Below are positions 1 to 13,399 of a stretch of 64,000 bases of DNA, piece after piece; the first letter of the stretch is position 1, and each line of letters opens with the position of its first letter. The stretch is from Eledone cirrhosa (taxonomy: Eukaryota): contig OZ024743.1 in the NCBI GenBank assembly GCA_964016885.1, forward strand, positions 294,996,001 through 295,060,000. The letters run 5' to 3'. The position numbers and the translations under genes are program-made. A model generated the notes under the pieces. The model was not told the origin of the DNA, made no database searches, and saw only the letters and a list, made by a program, of their open reading frames with translations.

Positions 1-690
1 GCTGGTATCGGTAGCAAATCTTGCATTGGTTTGTGCTGTTGGTTAGTGTTCCTGCTGTTGTTGTTCATGTTGTAGTTTTTGTGGTTGGCCTTATAGTTTA
101 GGGGTGAAACATCCCTGTTCAAGAAGACGTATTAGAAAATGTACCACGCATGACAATTCCGTTTTTTCTCCTACGTTGCCCGTCTTTGACACCGTATTCA
201 ACTTGCTTTAACAAAAAGTATGAAATCTGCAGAAACATTCGCTGCTCAATTGTTAATGCTCTAATCAGAAACACAAGGTCAGTACATATCACCATTTCTC
301 AGAGACTTCGAGAATGGTGTCTAGATGAGGCGACGTTGTGTGGATTCTACTAAAGGCACCCAATGGCTAGCAGGTGGGCTTAAACCGAATGACCGATTCA
401 ATATTCCACACAAAACCAGGATAACACTTCTTTGGTTTGAAGTTTTATAAATAGTCTAATTTGATACATATACTTGCTTTTACGGAGTTGAGTCTATGTT
501 TCCTCGCTATCTCCAATATGCTGCATATCGGCAGATATATTGTACTCTATCATATATTTGTCATAAAGGATTCAATTACTTTTTCCTGACTCAAACATTT
601 TATTTGGGTTAGGTTTTTTCTTTAGGTTAGATTTTTCAGTAGCTAACACTCCTCCTACGCATAGTACCTTCTCTCTAATTGAGATGTTTT
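1..690 (-). pseudogene. Possible decayed 5' coding part of a Penelope-like element
   Basis: Stop-interrupted minus-strand translation (…KLDYL*NFKPKKCYPGFV…) followed by an AAC-rich linker, loosely like PLE N-termini; no catalytic motif seen. Confidence 0.2.
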
Positions 691-1007
691 TCACTTGTAT
701 ATGTCTTGTGTGTGGCTGACGAGGGAGACGACGCTGTGAGCCAAGACATCAGATGTTTGAATCAATAATTGATACGTACAATAACCAGTAATGAAGAGAT
801 AGGGACCTTTGTCTGAGCAACATATACTTTTTATCCTTTTGCAATGAGCTGCAAGGACCAGTACATTTAGAAGCATTTGTATGCAGATCTATGTGAACAT
901 ATTCAAAGCTCGAGGCTTGCAAGGTAGGCCATTTAGCTCAAGATTGTAAGGTTGTGAGATCAATTCCCTGTGTGTCCAAGAGCAATACATACTAGTTAAC
1001 ATTATTA

Positions 1008-1219
1008 TTGGCAGTATCGGTAGAGGGTCACAAACCATGCTTTGCAGCATAGAGTTACGGCTCATAATGATGTGAGTTCAAATCCCGCCGAGGTTAACTT
1101 TGCCTTTTCTCCTTCCGTAGTCAATAAAATAAAGTACCAGTCACGCACTGGGGTCGATTTAATCGACTCCCCCCTCCCCCCGAATCGCTGGCCTTGTGCC
1201 TATATGAGAAACCATTATT
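1008..1219 (+). mobile_element. tRNA-derived SINE with Meta-like central domain
   Basis: B-box-like GAGTTCAAATCCC; core GCCTTTTCTCCTTCCGTAGTCAATAAAATAAAGTACCAGT; family repeated at least 8 times in the window. Confidence 0.85.
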
Positions 1220-2046
1220 GCAGCTGAAAATAACGATTTGTACCTGTAATTCAAAACATCAAACATGTCACTCATTGTGTTTCAGTTAATCATAGAGAAC
1301 TATTTGTTGTTAACAATTTAAGGCAGAATGTATCTGGAATTCTCCGTCAATATCACATTATGTAAAAATAACTAAATATATAAATAAACAAGTAAATCGA
1401 ATACAAAATACATAACGTATAAGGACTAATATAGAAACTAGAAAAAAATAACAGTAAGTTGTATTTTACTGTATTATTTAATTTCTTTTACAAATGTCAA
1501 TCTATAATATAATAAAGGGAGGAGTGCGGGACAGCGTTCGTTTTTATATTTTTTTATCCCGTTAGTAAAATATGTTGCATTACTTTGAATAAATAATGAA
1601 CGAATATTATGTAATTTATCTACTAAATTTCGTAGGTCTTCATTCAACATAAATATTCTTATATATAAAGTATTGCTTATTTTAACATTCACTTCTTTAA
1701 AATTTTCAAATGTCAATACTTCCGGTTAGCGTCCCTTATATCATAACTAACACTCGTCACATTGCTTATATAAACTTTCATATATTCGCATCGTTATATA
1801 AGGTTTATATTTCCGTCACCAATTTTCTCCTTTTTCATAGCATTTTAGTTCATGATATATGCAGTTTATATATAATATTGTCTTTTTTTTAATTTATCAT
1901 GGATTACTTTACTGATTACAGAGTGTAACACAGATTTCGTTCAATTTCTGTGCATATAGTCAATTACGATTTTATTTGACGTATCATATCCATATGCATA
2001 TATATTTGCGTATAATATCAATATACGTATATATACACTACACATG

Positions 2047-2083
2047 CTAGCAGAAAACCACCGAAGTGTGGTTTTTCTGCTAG
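2047..2083. repeat. Short fold-back hairpin
   Basis: CTAGCAGAAAACCAC…GTGGTTTTTCTGCTAG. Confidence 0.7.
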
Positions 2084-2355
2084 TTTTTTTTAACAAAGCT
2101 AACTTGACCTGCACAAGTGTCGATATAAGCCACTTTGATTACCTTTAAAATATATGTATCATAGTGTAATTAAACCATCAATCCGTGGCACCTCGTATAT
2201 ATTTTATTCAGGAAAATTTATCACTATACTAATTTTAAAAGAATTCCAGAATACACGAAATTTGGCTGGCAAACTATTAGGTAATTTTGTAGACTATATT
2301 GAAGTAAGGATTTCTACAGAGTTTTGTAGCTTGCTTTAATCATTGTTGAAAAGGA

Positions 2356-3058
2356 AACACAAATTTAAATTTTGTAAGTCAAACAATGCGTTATAGAGAA
2401 TATTAGATCGCCAAGATAACAAAAGAATCTTACCTAAGCAAATTTAACGATCCCAAATATTTTCGGGGTTTAAAACCCATTATCAAGGAAGTAACCGCAT
2501 CAGGGACTTAAAAATCGATCGGATTGATTTGCTTGTTTCCGCACAATCATCCAAGTAGATCAAAGTAATGACACAAATTATAACTGATAAAAAATTTAAC
2601 TTAAATCTGATCTCCAAACAAGCAAGTCAATCCGATCGATATTTCAGTCTCTCATAGGGTTACTCCCTTGACAATGGGTTTTTAAGCCCAAAAATATTTG
2701 GGATCGTTAAATTTGCTAAAGGAAGATTCTTTTGTTATCTTGGCGATCTAATGTTCTCCATAACGCATTGTTTGGCTTTCAAAATTTTAATTTGTTTTGA
2801 TTTCGAATTTAGGCAGAACCTCGTTAATTTTATAGAGGAGGAGAACATTGATTATATCAACCCAATAACGTGACTGGTATTTTGTTCGACATAGTTGGAA
2901 TAGGAAGTCAGTAGGTAACTAGATGCCTCAATAAACTTGGGCGAACACTCTAAAGATTCCGCACAATCATCCACGCAGAGCAAAGTAATGACACAAATTA
3001 TAATTGATAAAAAATGTAGCAAAATACTGAACATCAATTGTAAATTTTGGAATGCACA

Positions 3059-3065
<7 letters not shown>
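2356..3065 (+). mobile_element. Non-coding element: inverted partial copy plus 420-nt-period direct repeat, with decayed HHR (retrozyme/non-autonomous PLE-like)
   Basis: Inverted arms ~2356-2538 and ~2616-2797; CCGCACAATCATCC…GATAAAAAAT at 2539 and 2959; ends in (TA)n; HHR remnant on minus strand 2451-2507. Confidence 0.6.
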
Positions 3066-3097
<32 letters not shown>

Positions 3098-3168
3098 AAA
3101 TAACAAACAGCGGAGGACGCGTTTCGCACCTGTCCGACAGACAAACTTTCCCCCACCCCGGAAAAAAC

Positions 3169-3204
3169 CCCCAGTTGATGGATGTGAATCCGAAATATAT
3201 AGGG
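3169..3204 (+). ncRNA. Decayed type I hammerhead ribozyme
   Basis: CCC-CAGTTGA (2 mismatches to CTGATGA)-T-GGAT GTGA ATCC-GAAA-TATA-TA-GGG; stems I-III formable. Confidence 0.55.
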
Positions 3205-3519
3205 ACTATTAAATCTCTCCCAAGGTAACTCTCTCTTGTGTTGTTATTTTTATTTTATCCTTTATACTCTTCCCTTCATTCTTCTACACATCTTACACAT
3301 CTTATACACACCACGCATCTCAACGTACACCCACTTACATCTCTCTCTCCACCACCGGATCTTGTTACCCGGAGATTTACCCATTTGCATTGTCGAGGCT
3401 TCCAAACGAATTAAAGATATTTATTTATTATTCCACAATGCTTCAAGCAAACTTCAATACTCTCTTATATATATATATATATATATATATATTAGTATTG
3501 TTGCTCTGAAAAAGCTATG

Positions 3520-3750
3520 TATACAAGAATGTATGTATAGTATATTTGATAATATACCGCATGTTTAATTGAAAACATTTAGAAGCCCATTGGCTATTAG
3601 TTTTAAAGTAGTAACTATGTCACTTACTTATTTCCGGCGAAAAACCCTTACTTTCGCCGAAGATAGTCGCTACTTTAAAAAATAGTCTTCTAAATGTTTT
3701 AAATTAAACATATCATATATTGCCAAATATACTATACATACATTCGTATA
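3520..3750. repeat. Imperfect fold-back palindrome (~100-bp arms)
   Basis: GAATGTATGTATAGTATATTTG…CAAATATACTATACATACATTC; central hairpin CGGCGAAA/TTTCGCCG. Confidence 0.75.
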
Positions 3751-3930
3751 TATATATTTATACTGTATATATGTCTTTTACTCTTTTACACTTTTACCTG
3801 TTCCAGTCCTCCGGCTGATATAACCCGAATGATCAGCATCTTTCCAAATGCGTCCATATCAAATGCCAAAAACAAAAATATGGTTTACATTTATAGCACA
3901 TGTCAGACGAGAAAGCATTAATTACTTATA

Positions 3931-4122
3931 GGGCGGTGGATTGGCAGTATCGGTAGAGGATCGGACACCATGCTTGGCAGCATGGATTTACGGCCCTTTA
4001 TGGTCTGAGTTTAAATCCCGCCGAGGTTAATTCTGCCTTTCATCCTTACGGGGTCGATAAACTAAAGCACCAGTAGTACACTGGGATAATTGCTGGCCTT
4101 GTGCCAAAAGTAGAAACAATTA
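3931..4122 (+). mobile_element. tRNA-derived SINE (Meta-like family)
   Basis: Head GGCGGTGGATTGGCAGTATCGGTAGAG; core GCCTTTCATCCTTACGGGGTCGATAAA. Confidence 0.88.
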
Positions 4123-4416
4123 ATAACTTATTGCATAATGCCTTTTATGCATAATATGTATTATGTAAGACAATAAATGGAAGTGTAAAATATTAAAGCG
4201 TCTCTTCTATTTTCTCAATAGAATTAATTCGTCAGCTTTCATATACCTAGTGGCTGTTCTTACCTATATGCATAAGTAGCACGTGGAGTGCTTATGATTG
4301 ATTACACAATTCCATGATAGCTTTGATCATCCAAAACTGATTATTAAACCGAAAAGTTTAAATATATATACATAAACATATCTACATACACATACATACA
4401 TATATATATATATATA

Positions 4417-4471
<55 letters not shown>

Positions 4472-5235
4472 TCATACAGATGCACACTCATATATATAAA
4501 TAAACATATATAGATATATAAATATATATATATATACAGACAAATAATTAGGGACACAGATGTAATATTTCTCCACAAAAATAGAGGCACGGTAAAGAGA
4601 TAAATAGATAGATATATGAGAACAACAAAACTGATTTTGTGCCGCGATAAAACATACCATATTTCAACTAATTTATTTAAAAACGTATATGACAGAAGTC
4701 ACAATACTAATTTTCCCTAGCTAACTCTCTATCTCCCGTTTTCATTTATTTTCTCTTCTTCTACAAGCTCCATCCCCTTCATTTTAGTGGTTGTGAATTA
4801 CAAACTAAGACCATGCGTTGTTCATAAGAAACCGACAGAAGATTTCGACGACAACCTAATATGAATTTTCCCCAACTTTTCTTTTGTTCCAATCATATCC
4901 AGATCCACGGGGAAATTACTGCGAAAATCTTATAGATGAGTTAAAAGAAATATATGAAACTAAACTTATACATGCGTCGGTTATAGAGAGAAAAAAAAAC
5001 ATCTTACCCTATACGACATGCACCATACACACGCATGTCGATGCTCATAAATGCATAGACGAATATAAATGCACATATATTATCATAGGAGACATTCGTC
5101 GGCGTCTGCACACATACATGCATTCATATACAAACATACTTATATACATACACACACACATATATGTATACATATATATATATATATTTATATGTCTGTA
5201 TATTTATAGATATATACATATATATACAGACATAT

Positions 5236-5351
5236 AAATATATATATTGAGTTAAGAACTCAGGGTAGTCTCTTACAATTAAATAGCTCTAAGAAAAAAG
5301 CTTTTCCGAGACGTACGAGACTACCCTGAGTTCTTAACTCAATATATATTT
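5236..5351. repeat. ~40-bp inverted repeat next to TA-rich tract
   Basis: ATTGAGTTAAGAACTCAGGGTAGTCTC / GAGACTACCCTGAGTTCTTAACTCAAT. Confidence 0.8.
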
Positions 5352-5521
5352 GACAGCTCCATCATGTAGAGCTAATTTGTATTATCCTGTCAGCCAGGAT
5401 GCTATTTTTAGCGGCAGGGAATTTCGAGACAAGCTGGCGTACGAATGACACGTGCGATAATTCATATCGTACACAATTCATTATCTAATATTTTTAGAAG
5501 TGAAAGGATCACTAATTTCTC

Positions 5522-5603
5522 AACAACTACTGATGAACAGAGAAACGTGAGAACTTCACTCAATAATTCGTTGTGAAACAGTCTCCAACACTGTCTAGTT
5601 GTT
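5522..5603 (+). ncRNA. Type I hammerhead ribozyme, apparently intact
   Basis: Stem I AACAACTA/TAGTTGTT; CTGATGA; 38-nt stem II closed by ACA/TGT; GAAA; stem III CAGT/ACTG; GUC cleavage predicted after 5595. Confidence 0.85.
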
Positions 5604-5815
5604 ACCAGGCATTTTTGCCCAATATAGGTATGTTATTTTTCTTAATTTTTCTTAATTTAATATTTAAAGTTAAGGATAACAAACTATATTGCTGTAGTTA
5701 GTATTTTGTTCACCCTAGCAAATTTGGTCCTACGATTCGAACACATATATATTTATATTAGTGTTCATCTTTCTTGTTTATTCAATTATACATACATATA
5801 TATATATATATATAT

Positions 5816-5865
<50 letters not shown>

Positions 5866-5874
5866 TTGTGTGTG

Positions 5875-5920
<46 letters not shown>

Positions 5921-7879
5921 AAAACACTTACATATATAACTGCGCACACATCCTAACACTTTTCTTATTGCAGTTAACTGTGAGAGAAAATCGTACATTT
6001 TATTGGTATGTGTGTGAATAGAAAATGAGGGAGATCGACAGCGTGTAAAATGTTTCAGATTAAATTTCACATTATATTTAGGTCGTTACCAATTATTGAA
6101 TATTAAATTCACAAACAATATGTTTTCATATTGACTAGACACATCGGCCCTTCATCTAAAACAATGTGAATACAGGAAATTGCGACGTTGTTTCCTATCT
6201 CAGAATTTTTATACATCTTTTAGACTATATTCATAGTGGTTCTAATACACTATTTATACAACAATATATGGTTTGTTAACAACATATTATGCTATTAGGA
6301 CGATGGAATCAGATTTTCTTGAGACAGTTCAAAATATGTGGGACACTTTAGAGCTAGTTTTCTTGATTATTTAAAATGCTAAATTCTATGCCAGGCCCAG
6401 AGGTCATCAGGTTGGAGCTTATCTCGGTGATTGGTGCTAAACGGCTGTGATTATATGAAACTATTCTGTTGCAGGGCTAAATTCAAATGTTGCTTGTACA
6501 CATTATTTTCAGGGTTACTTTGACTGGAAACGCAAAAATGACATCGAATATATGGCCCAAACACCGAGAGCTTGACACACTAACATCTAAGCCACGCGTC
6601 TGTACTGACTATGTTAGCTGCGAATTAATACAAACATAACGTTACTAGAGCCATAATATATGCGGTGCATTGATCCGTTGAGATGATCAGAGATAAATGA
6701 CAGTTTGAATATGACGCTAATCTATTACTATACATTTTCCTGTGGAAGAACTCGATTATACATTAGCGATATGCAAAATAACGAAATACTCATAAATCCA
6801 TTAATACTTGTACTGCTTGCTTACGCTGTTACATATTCATACGTAATTAGCTGCACTCGGGTGTTGAAAATATAGTCCTTTAATAACAGAAGGCAATGCT
6901 TGCATTGCGAAACGAGCTATACCTATTGATCTAGGTCATTACTAACTGATTCATCCACGCTCTTGGCATTTATACAGGCAACGAACAGCGATATTTACGT
7001 TTGTCATTGTGGTATAAAAAAAATATTATAGTCTATTAAATCGGCCCAATATATTACTAACAGCTACGTCAACGATTCAGAGCCTGCATTGATATTAAAG
7101 AAGACACATTTTGGAATATTGTTTAGAAAGTAAAAAATAAAGGGGCGTCTAACGTGTTTAATCTTAACAGAGGTCTCAGGTTGGAAGTGTAAAAGCTTAT
7201 CCATTGATTTACAGGAACAGTCCGTCCGCCGAATCTCCGAACAGTTTCCTCTCATAAAATTACCCTCAAAATGATTGATCTACTAGAAGCTATGACACAA
7301 TACAATTGCAGTAGGACTGAACTCAGAACCTCATCAGTGAGAAGCGAACTTCTAAAACTTCCGGTTTGTTGCGGCAATATTCATAACATAATTTCTAACT
7401 AAATATTATATGGTATGTTATTCAGGAGTTAGTGAAATTTTTAGAACTTTTAATTGCGTTAGTTTTAACATTTAATGTAGGTATCCTCGAAAAGCTTAGT
7501 AATAAGGAAAAACATATATACATTCACTCAATGACTTGTAATATTTTACTTATTTCAGTAAGGGTGGGAGAAAGCTCCAAACGTATCGAAATATAAGCAT
7601 AAAATACAATGTCCATGTTGAAGTAGTGCTGATAGTGTACTTAAATAGATGCACACTATAATAAACGAGCAGAAATGAAATTTACCACCAGGAATATCTG
7701 TTTAAAATTAACATTTAAAATGTAATTGAATTATTATTTCTTGAAAATGTACTTTATGATTTCTTAATAACTACATCGATAAGCGTGACGAAGGCTATGC
7801 ATCGCTGATAAGTAAAACCAAAAATTGTTTGTCAATGTCTTTCGCACTTGCTGAAAAGATGTATACATATTAATCTTTG

Positions 7880-7944
<65 letters not shown>

Positions 7945-7947
<3 letters not shown>

Positions 7948-8120
7948 CATCATCATTTTACGTCCACTTTTCCCTGCTTGCAAGGGTGGGACGGGAACTG
8001 ATTCTGGCTTGATTTCTACAGCTGGATGCCCTTCCTAGCACCAGCCTCATTTACAGTGAGTGGTGGGTGCTTTTTTGCCGTGGCACCTCCACGACCACTT
8101 TGAACTGGAATGATAGGGAC
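7945..8120 (-). mobile_element. SINE 3' part with V-domain-like core
   Basis: CATCATCATTTTACGTCCACTTTTCC…TTTCTACAGCTGGATGCCCTTCCT (reverse complement AGGAAGGGCATCCAGC); older copy near 29508-29625. Confidence 0.7.
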
Positions 8121-8137
8121 CCCATATATATATATAC

Positions 8138-8269
<132 letters not shown>

Positions 8270-9654
8270 TACATGAATCAAAGTTCAGTTTAAATCATTT
8301 ATTTGCTTACAATTGTTTCCTCCAAACCGAGGTTTGGATTGTTCGGAGCAATTATTTAGTGATTTTTTACATACTTGACCTCCTTTTCAACACAAGAGAC
8401 ATATAGAAACATATGTATATATTGACCCACAGTGGGTTGACATCCCTCATAATAATATAGCATGGCAATTTACATACAAAGAATACAGTCATATTAAAGG
8501 ACAAAATTAAAGTTAAAATAAAAATAAAAATAAAAATAAAACATTGGCAGTTTACTAAGATAAAGCAAGAGGAAAGTTTGGAGTAGCCAGTGTATGCAAC
8601 AGTCTCACGTGTGGCATGCACGCGTGTCCTATTTATACAAGATTATAGTACGGCAGATTGTTACATTTAAAACAAGCAGTCAAAGCAGGCAATCAATAGC
8701 ATCATGGGGATGTACTGTTAAAGCATTTTTCACACACACCTGTACGATATAGAAGCCTGTGTGTTGAGAAACACCAAAAATATCAAAAATATCAAAAATA
8801 TTACAAATGAGAAGCAAAACAGCACCACTGTCCTCGCACACACCACCACTCACACAATCCAGGAAACGCAATTTATAGACTATATGTCCATCACACAATC
8901 CACGATGATTCAACATTGGGTGCCTGGTGAACCATGTTAGAAATCATAGCTTGTCGTTTTCTATTCGATTCTATAGAGCAGGTTGTTTTTTGTTGTGAGA
9001 GTTGACATCGTATTATATTCCGGAAGTGTGTGTGTGATTAAGGGGAGTGAATGCGTAAGGGGAGGTAACTAGCTGATTTCCATAGTTAAATTTATTATCC
9101 TAAAGTACATTAATGGTGTTTCAAATGAGTCTCTATCATATAAGGTTATAAACAATTTCTAGATTTAAGTATCTTATCTATAAATTACAGTGTAGTCTAC
9201 CAAGAAGTACTAAAGGTGTTCATATTAGGATGATTACCATCTATCATTGAGTGCCACAACCGAACATTCTACAGGAAGAGTCAGACCTCCAAATCAATGA
9301 TGTTTGTAAGTGTAGTCTACCCGCAGAACCTGGCAGGGTCTTATTAGAATCACTTCTATATATGACTCCTGGTAAGCTCTAGGTCATTGTATGTCTGAAT
9401 GCATGGCAAAGTTAAATATCACCAGGGTGGTCCAGAGATCAATTCTCTCATACAAAGACACTAATCTAACCATCAAGCCATACATATCCCTATAACTCAT
9501 ACATCACCTGTACATAATTCATTGCACTCAGCATATAGATTATATAGCTCTTTTATGTTAATAAATTAATTACTTAATCTTCTATTCATCCAATGGTGGC
9601 ACTCCATGCACAGGACAATGTTAGCACAACCAATTCAGTGCTTACAGTTTACAT

Positions 9655-12090
9655 TAATTATATATTGGTGCAATGTAGTCCAAGTAATTTAAGGCCAATA
9701 TACCAAAAGTAAAACTACATGGGGATATCTCTAGGGTAAAAGGTACTATAAGGGTGTCACTAGTTGCGTTAAAGTGGATTAATGGGTGTGGAGATGAGGT
9801 GTAAGGTGTGCCCCTGATGTTAGTTGCTAGAGGTGGTGACGGGTTCAAGTCTGACATTGTTATATATTGGGTTTAAAGTTTTGGAAGGAGTGTCGGAAGC
9901 GGTGTTGGCAAGACGCGAACACTTCTGATTTTTTTTATTAAGGAGGTTATGGTTTGAGAAGATGATAGTATGGGTCTCTAGTAGACAGAGGTTACAAAAT
10001 TTATTAGGTGGTTTGTACGATGTCGCATTACCTATCACTTCCCATTTAAGTGTATATGGTTTATTTTTAGTTTTTAGATAGTGTATGTAGCTAGATAGTG
10101 AAGTGGAGCTGGCTAGACTGTTTTTTTGAAAGAGTGGAGGTGCGAATTGATCTAGTTTTGAAGCAGTTAGAAGTAGAGCCTATATAGGTTTCAGAAGAGT
10201 TGTTAGTTGTGACTGTGCATGAGTATATTATATCCTTGATTAAGCATTTTTTATCTAAAGGGCAGGTTCTATTTGATCTACAGTTACAATTATTCTGGGT
10301 GTTAGTCTGCCGGTTATTATTTTGTGTATAAGTCTGGATGGTAGCTATAGGGTTATGGTTATGTGGGTTGTCGTTCCCAGCGTTATTGTTTACACTAGTG
10401 CTATTACTATTATTTCTATTGATATTAGGGTTAGTTGCTATAATGTTATTTTGTAGGTTTATCGTCTGTTGTGATTTAGTTGGAAGTAAGAATTAATTTT
10501 TCTTTTATTGCTAGTAGCTATGTGGTATGCTATGTTAGGCGTTATAGAGTAGGAGATTTTAATAGTGTTTTTGTTTAAAAGGCTATAGTACTTGTGGCCG
10601 GGTGGGAAGTTTTTATCTAGTAGTGAGAAGAAAGCCCTAGGTAGGTTGGTAGAGACCTTTAGATTGAAAGGAGGGTTGAAAAATGTATTATTTCTTCTTC
10701 TATTTTTGTTTTTTATGTCTGGTGAGTTGTTTCCTTTTATGGTACTATGGTAATTTCTGTGGTGTGGGTTACTTTTGTTGGTATCCTCCCTATTAGTGTA
10801 TGTGTGGTTGCTATTCCTATTACTAAATTTTCTCATGGACATGTTGTGCGAAATAATGTTGTAGATATGTGTTTTTGTAGGTAGGAACTCGATCTCTATA
10901 TTATGGCCTGATCTAGCTAATGCCTGATTATAATATTGCGAGTTTTTGCTAAATATGTTTACGTCATAGGATAGATTAGAGATTCTATTAGATACTCCCT
11001 TAGAGATAGAGTTTGATATAGATCTAGGGTGGTTAGACTTGGTATCTACGTAAATGAGTTTTTCATTAGGTTTGTGGAAAGGTGCATATATCTTTGAGTC
11101 TAGGTAGAGGGTGGCGTCCAGGAAGTTAACGTTTTTAGTGTTTTTGTCCATGGTAATACTAAGGTTTTTGAATGTCTTGTGCAATAGTTTTCTAGTTCTT
11201 TCTATATTGAATTTTTTATAATCTATAAGTAGAAGTGCATCATCGCGGTACAAACCACCGTTGAGGTATGGAAGGTCCTTATGGATTTCGTTAAGTAAGT
11301 ATAGGCAGACTAAATCAGTGACCTGCGCCGAGTCACTAGATCCCATGGTTATGTCGAAGTTGTTTTGCGTATCCTTGCGGGTCCATAATTGGTCTTCAAA
11401 GGTGATTACTGTTTTACGGGCCGCAAGTATGACATCAATCTGGGGTCTAGTCAGGTCACTATTGTCCATGGCCATGATAAGTGCCTTATTTAATCGGATA
11501 GGGGAAATAGAGGTGTAGTATGAATTGATATCAAATTAAATAAATTTGTTATCCTTGTTATCCTTGATATCTTTGAACCATTCAATCACTTCACCTGTAT
11601 TTTCCCATTGTTTAAGGTATATCTTGTGTTTAATCTGTGGGATGATTTTATCTAAAATTTTCTTACTGATAATGCCAATGTCAGACTTGGAAGGGCAGAT
11701 GAGTCTAATGGAGGGGTTGCTATTGAAGTCCTCCTTATGGTCCTTCAGAGAGAATCTATGGGGGTTTGGGGTATATGGTTGTGTATGTCTCTGGAGTCCT
11801 AGTTTGGACACTATATTATAGCCTTCCATATTAATATCTTCTAAGTTTTTCATAGTGGTTTTCTTGTAGTTTTTATGTAGTTCATTATATATACACTTTC
11901 TATAAGTATTATAATCTGGGCTGTATATGTTATTAGTTTTGTCCGCATGTACAATAATTTTATTACTAGTTTTGAAATCATTAATAGAGGTGCTAAGTTT
12001 GTTTAAGAAGGTGTTGTTTTTATTACGGTGCTTTTTGTATTTAATATTCTTAACTAGTTTTATTAGGTCATTAAAACTGCTCTGTAAAAC
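9655..12090 (-). mobile_element. Penelope-like retroelement, 5'-truncated and disrupted (RT + GIY-YIG endonuclease)
   Basis: ORFs 11536-11853 and 10459-11475 (ITMGSSDSA, GGLYRDD, FLDATL, FFNPPF); CNC..CPL, YIGSTS and CNLCLLE motifs at ~9880-10290; 3' boundary uncertain. Confidence 0.9.
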
Positions 12091-12318
12091 AACTGATGTT
12101 GTTACATTGAGCTATTTATCTTACTGGTAATAAGATAGTAATGAATTACTGTCTTTCACTATTTAGGGTTTAAAATATATATAACTATAAAAGGTTTTAG
12201 TATATACATAACCATAAATAGTATCCTTAATACTATATATATATATATATATATATATCTTTCCTGATGATTTTTACCGAATGAAACAGTTCTAGTCCTG
12301 TAGAGGCTATTTCTATAT

Positions 12319-12432
<114 letters not shown>

Positions 12433-12834
12433 CGTGCGTGTCTATATACAGAGAGAGAGAAAGAGCGTGTGTGTGTGTGTGTGTGAGAGAGAGAGCGTGC
12501 TTGTGCGCGCGTGTTTATTATTACATGATGTTCCAGTTTCAGGTAAAGTACTTTTCAGTCAAAGATCTCTGTTTTGCGAGAAGATATATTTATACAATCA
12601 CTATGGAATATAATGGAACATTCAAAACTTTTGGAAAAGTTTCCGTGAGAAGTGTACAGCGGTTAGATATCTCAAAATATAATTGGTGGGTGACAATAGC
12701 TCAGGGGTGGTTATGTTAAACGTAAGTTCATTTTTTAAAGATACATTGATTAAATATTCACGTGTTTCCCTGTATATGTGTATGTAAACGCCACACATGC
12801 ATACACACATAAATATATATTTATACAATATATA

Positions 12835-12945
12835 TATTTATTATAAGAACAGATTAAAGTTTAAGCAAAGAATCGCGACTTTAACCCTTAAATGGATCTT
12901 GTTTAAATTTTAATCTGTTCTTATAAATATTTTTTCTACGGGTTT
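12835..12945. repeat. Asymmetric fold-back element, same family as 62352-62550
   Basis: Shared ACAGATTAAAGTTTAAGCAAAGAATCGC; partial inverted copy follows. Confidence 0.75.
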
Positions 12946-12974
12946 AGGAGGATAAACAAAACACGTCAAAGGGC

Positions 12975-13335
12975 GGAGGAACTCAGGAGGGTCAATGGCT
13001 ATCCAATAATTTTTTTTGTGGGGGGAGCGAGGGACTCCTAGTCTTCATTAAGACATCCCTCTATTAGAAGATCACTGTTATAAAACCTGCAACTTCGTTT
13101 GCACCCAATGATGCAGACCAGTTCTTTTAGGGCAAATGCATTCGAATTTAGAGATTGGCATTGGCCCCGTGCAAAGTCTTTCCTCTCTTAAAAAAGCTTC
13201 AAGCACAATGATTGCTCGATATGTGATATTATTTGCGATGCATGATATTGATGAGCATAGGCAAGTCCCTAGCAGAGCGAAAAGGCTTTTAAGCATCAAG
13301 CGATGTCATTACTCGAAATCGAGTTGCAATCATCA
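12975..13335 (+). mobile_element. Bipartite non-autonomous RTE derivative (5' UTR-like + 3' end)
   Basis: Homologous to 22283-22625 and 44060-44330; ends TACTCGAAATCGAGTTGCA, like the RTE 3' end at ~52011-52045. Confidence 0.65.
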
Positions 13336-13399
13336 CATATATATGTATGATATATACAAAGAAAGAAATGTGTTAATGGACCAGATGGACCATAACGCC

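Noticed and set aside
1065-1095. tRNA gene at GTTCAAATCC B boxes
   Set aside because: No full cloverleaf; these are SINE heads repeated in the window
9185-9370. Degenerate ~120-bp repeat (AGTGTAGTCTACC twice)
   Set aside because: Too diverged to interpret; probably within a PLE 3' UTR
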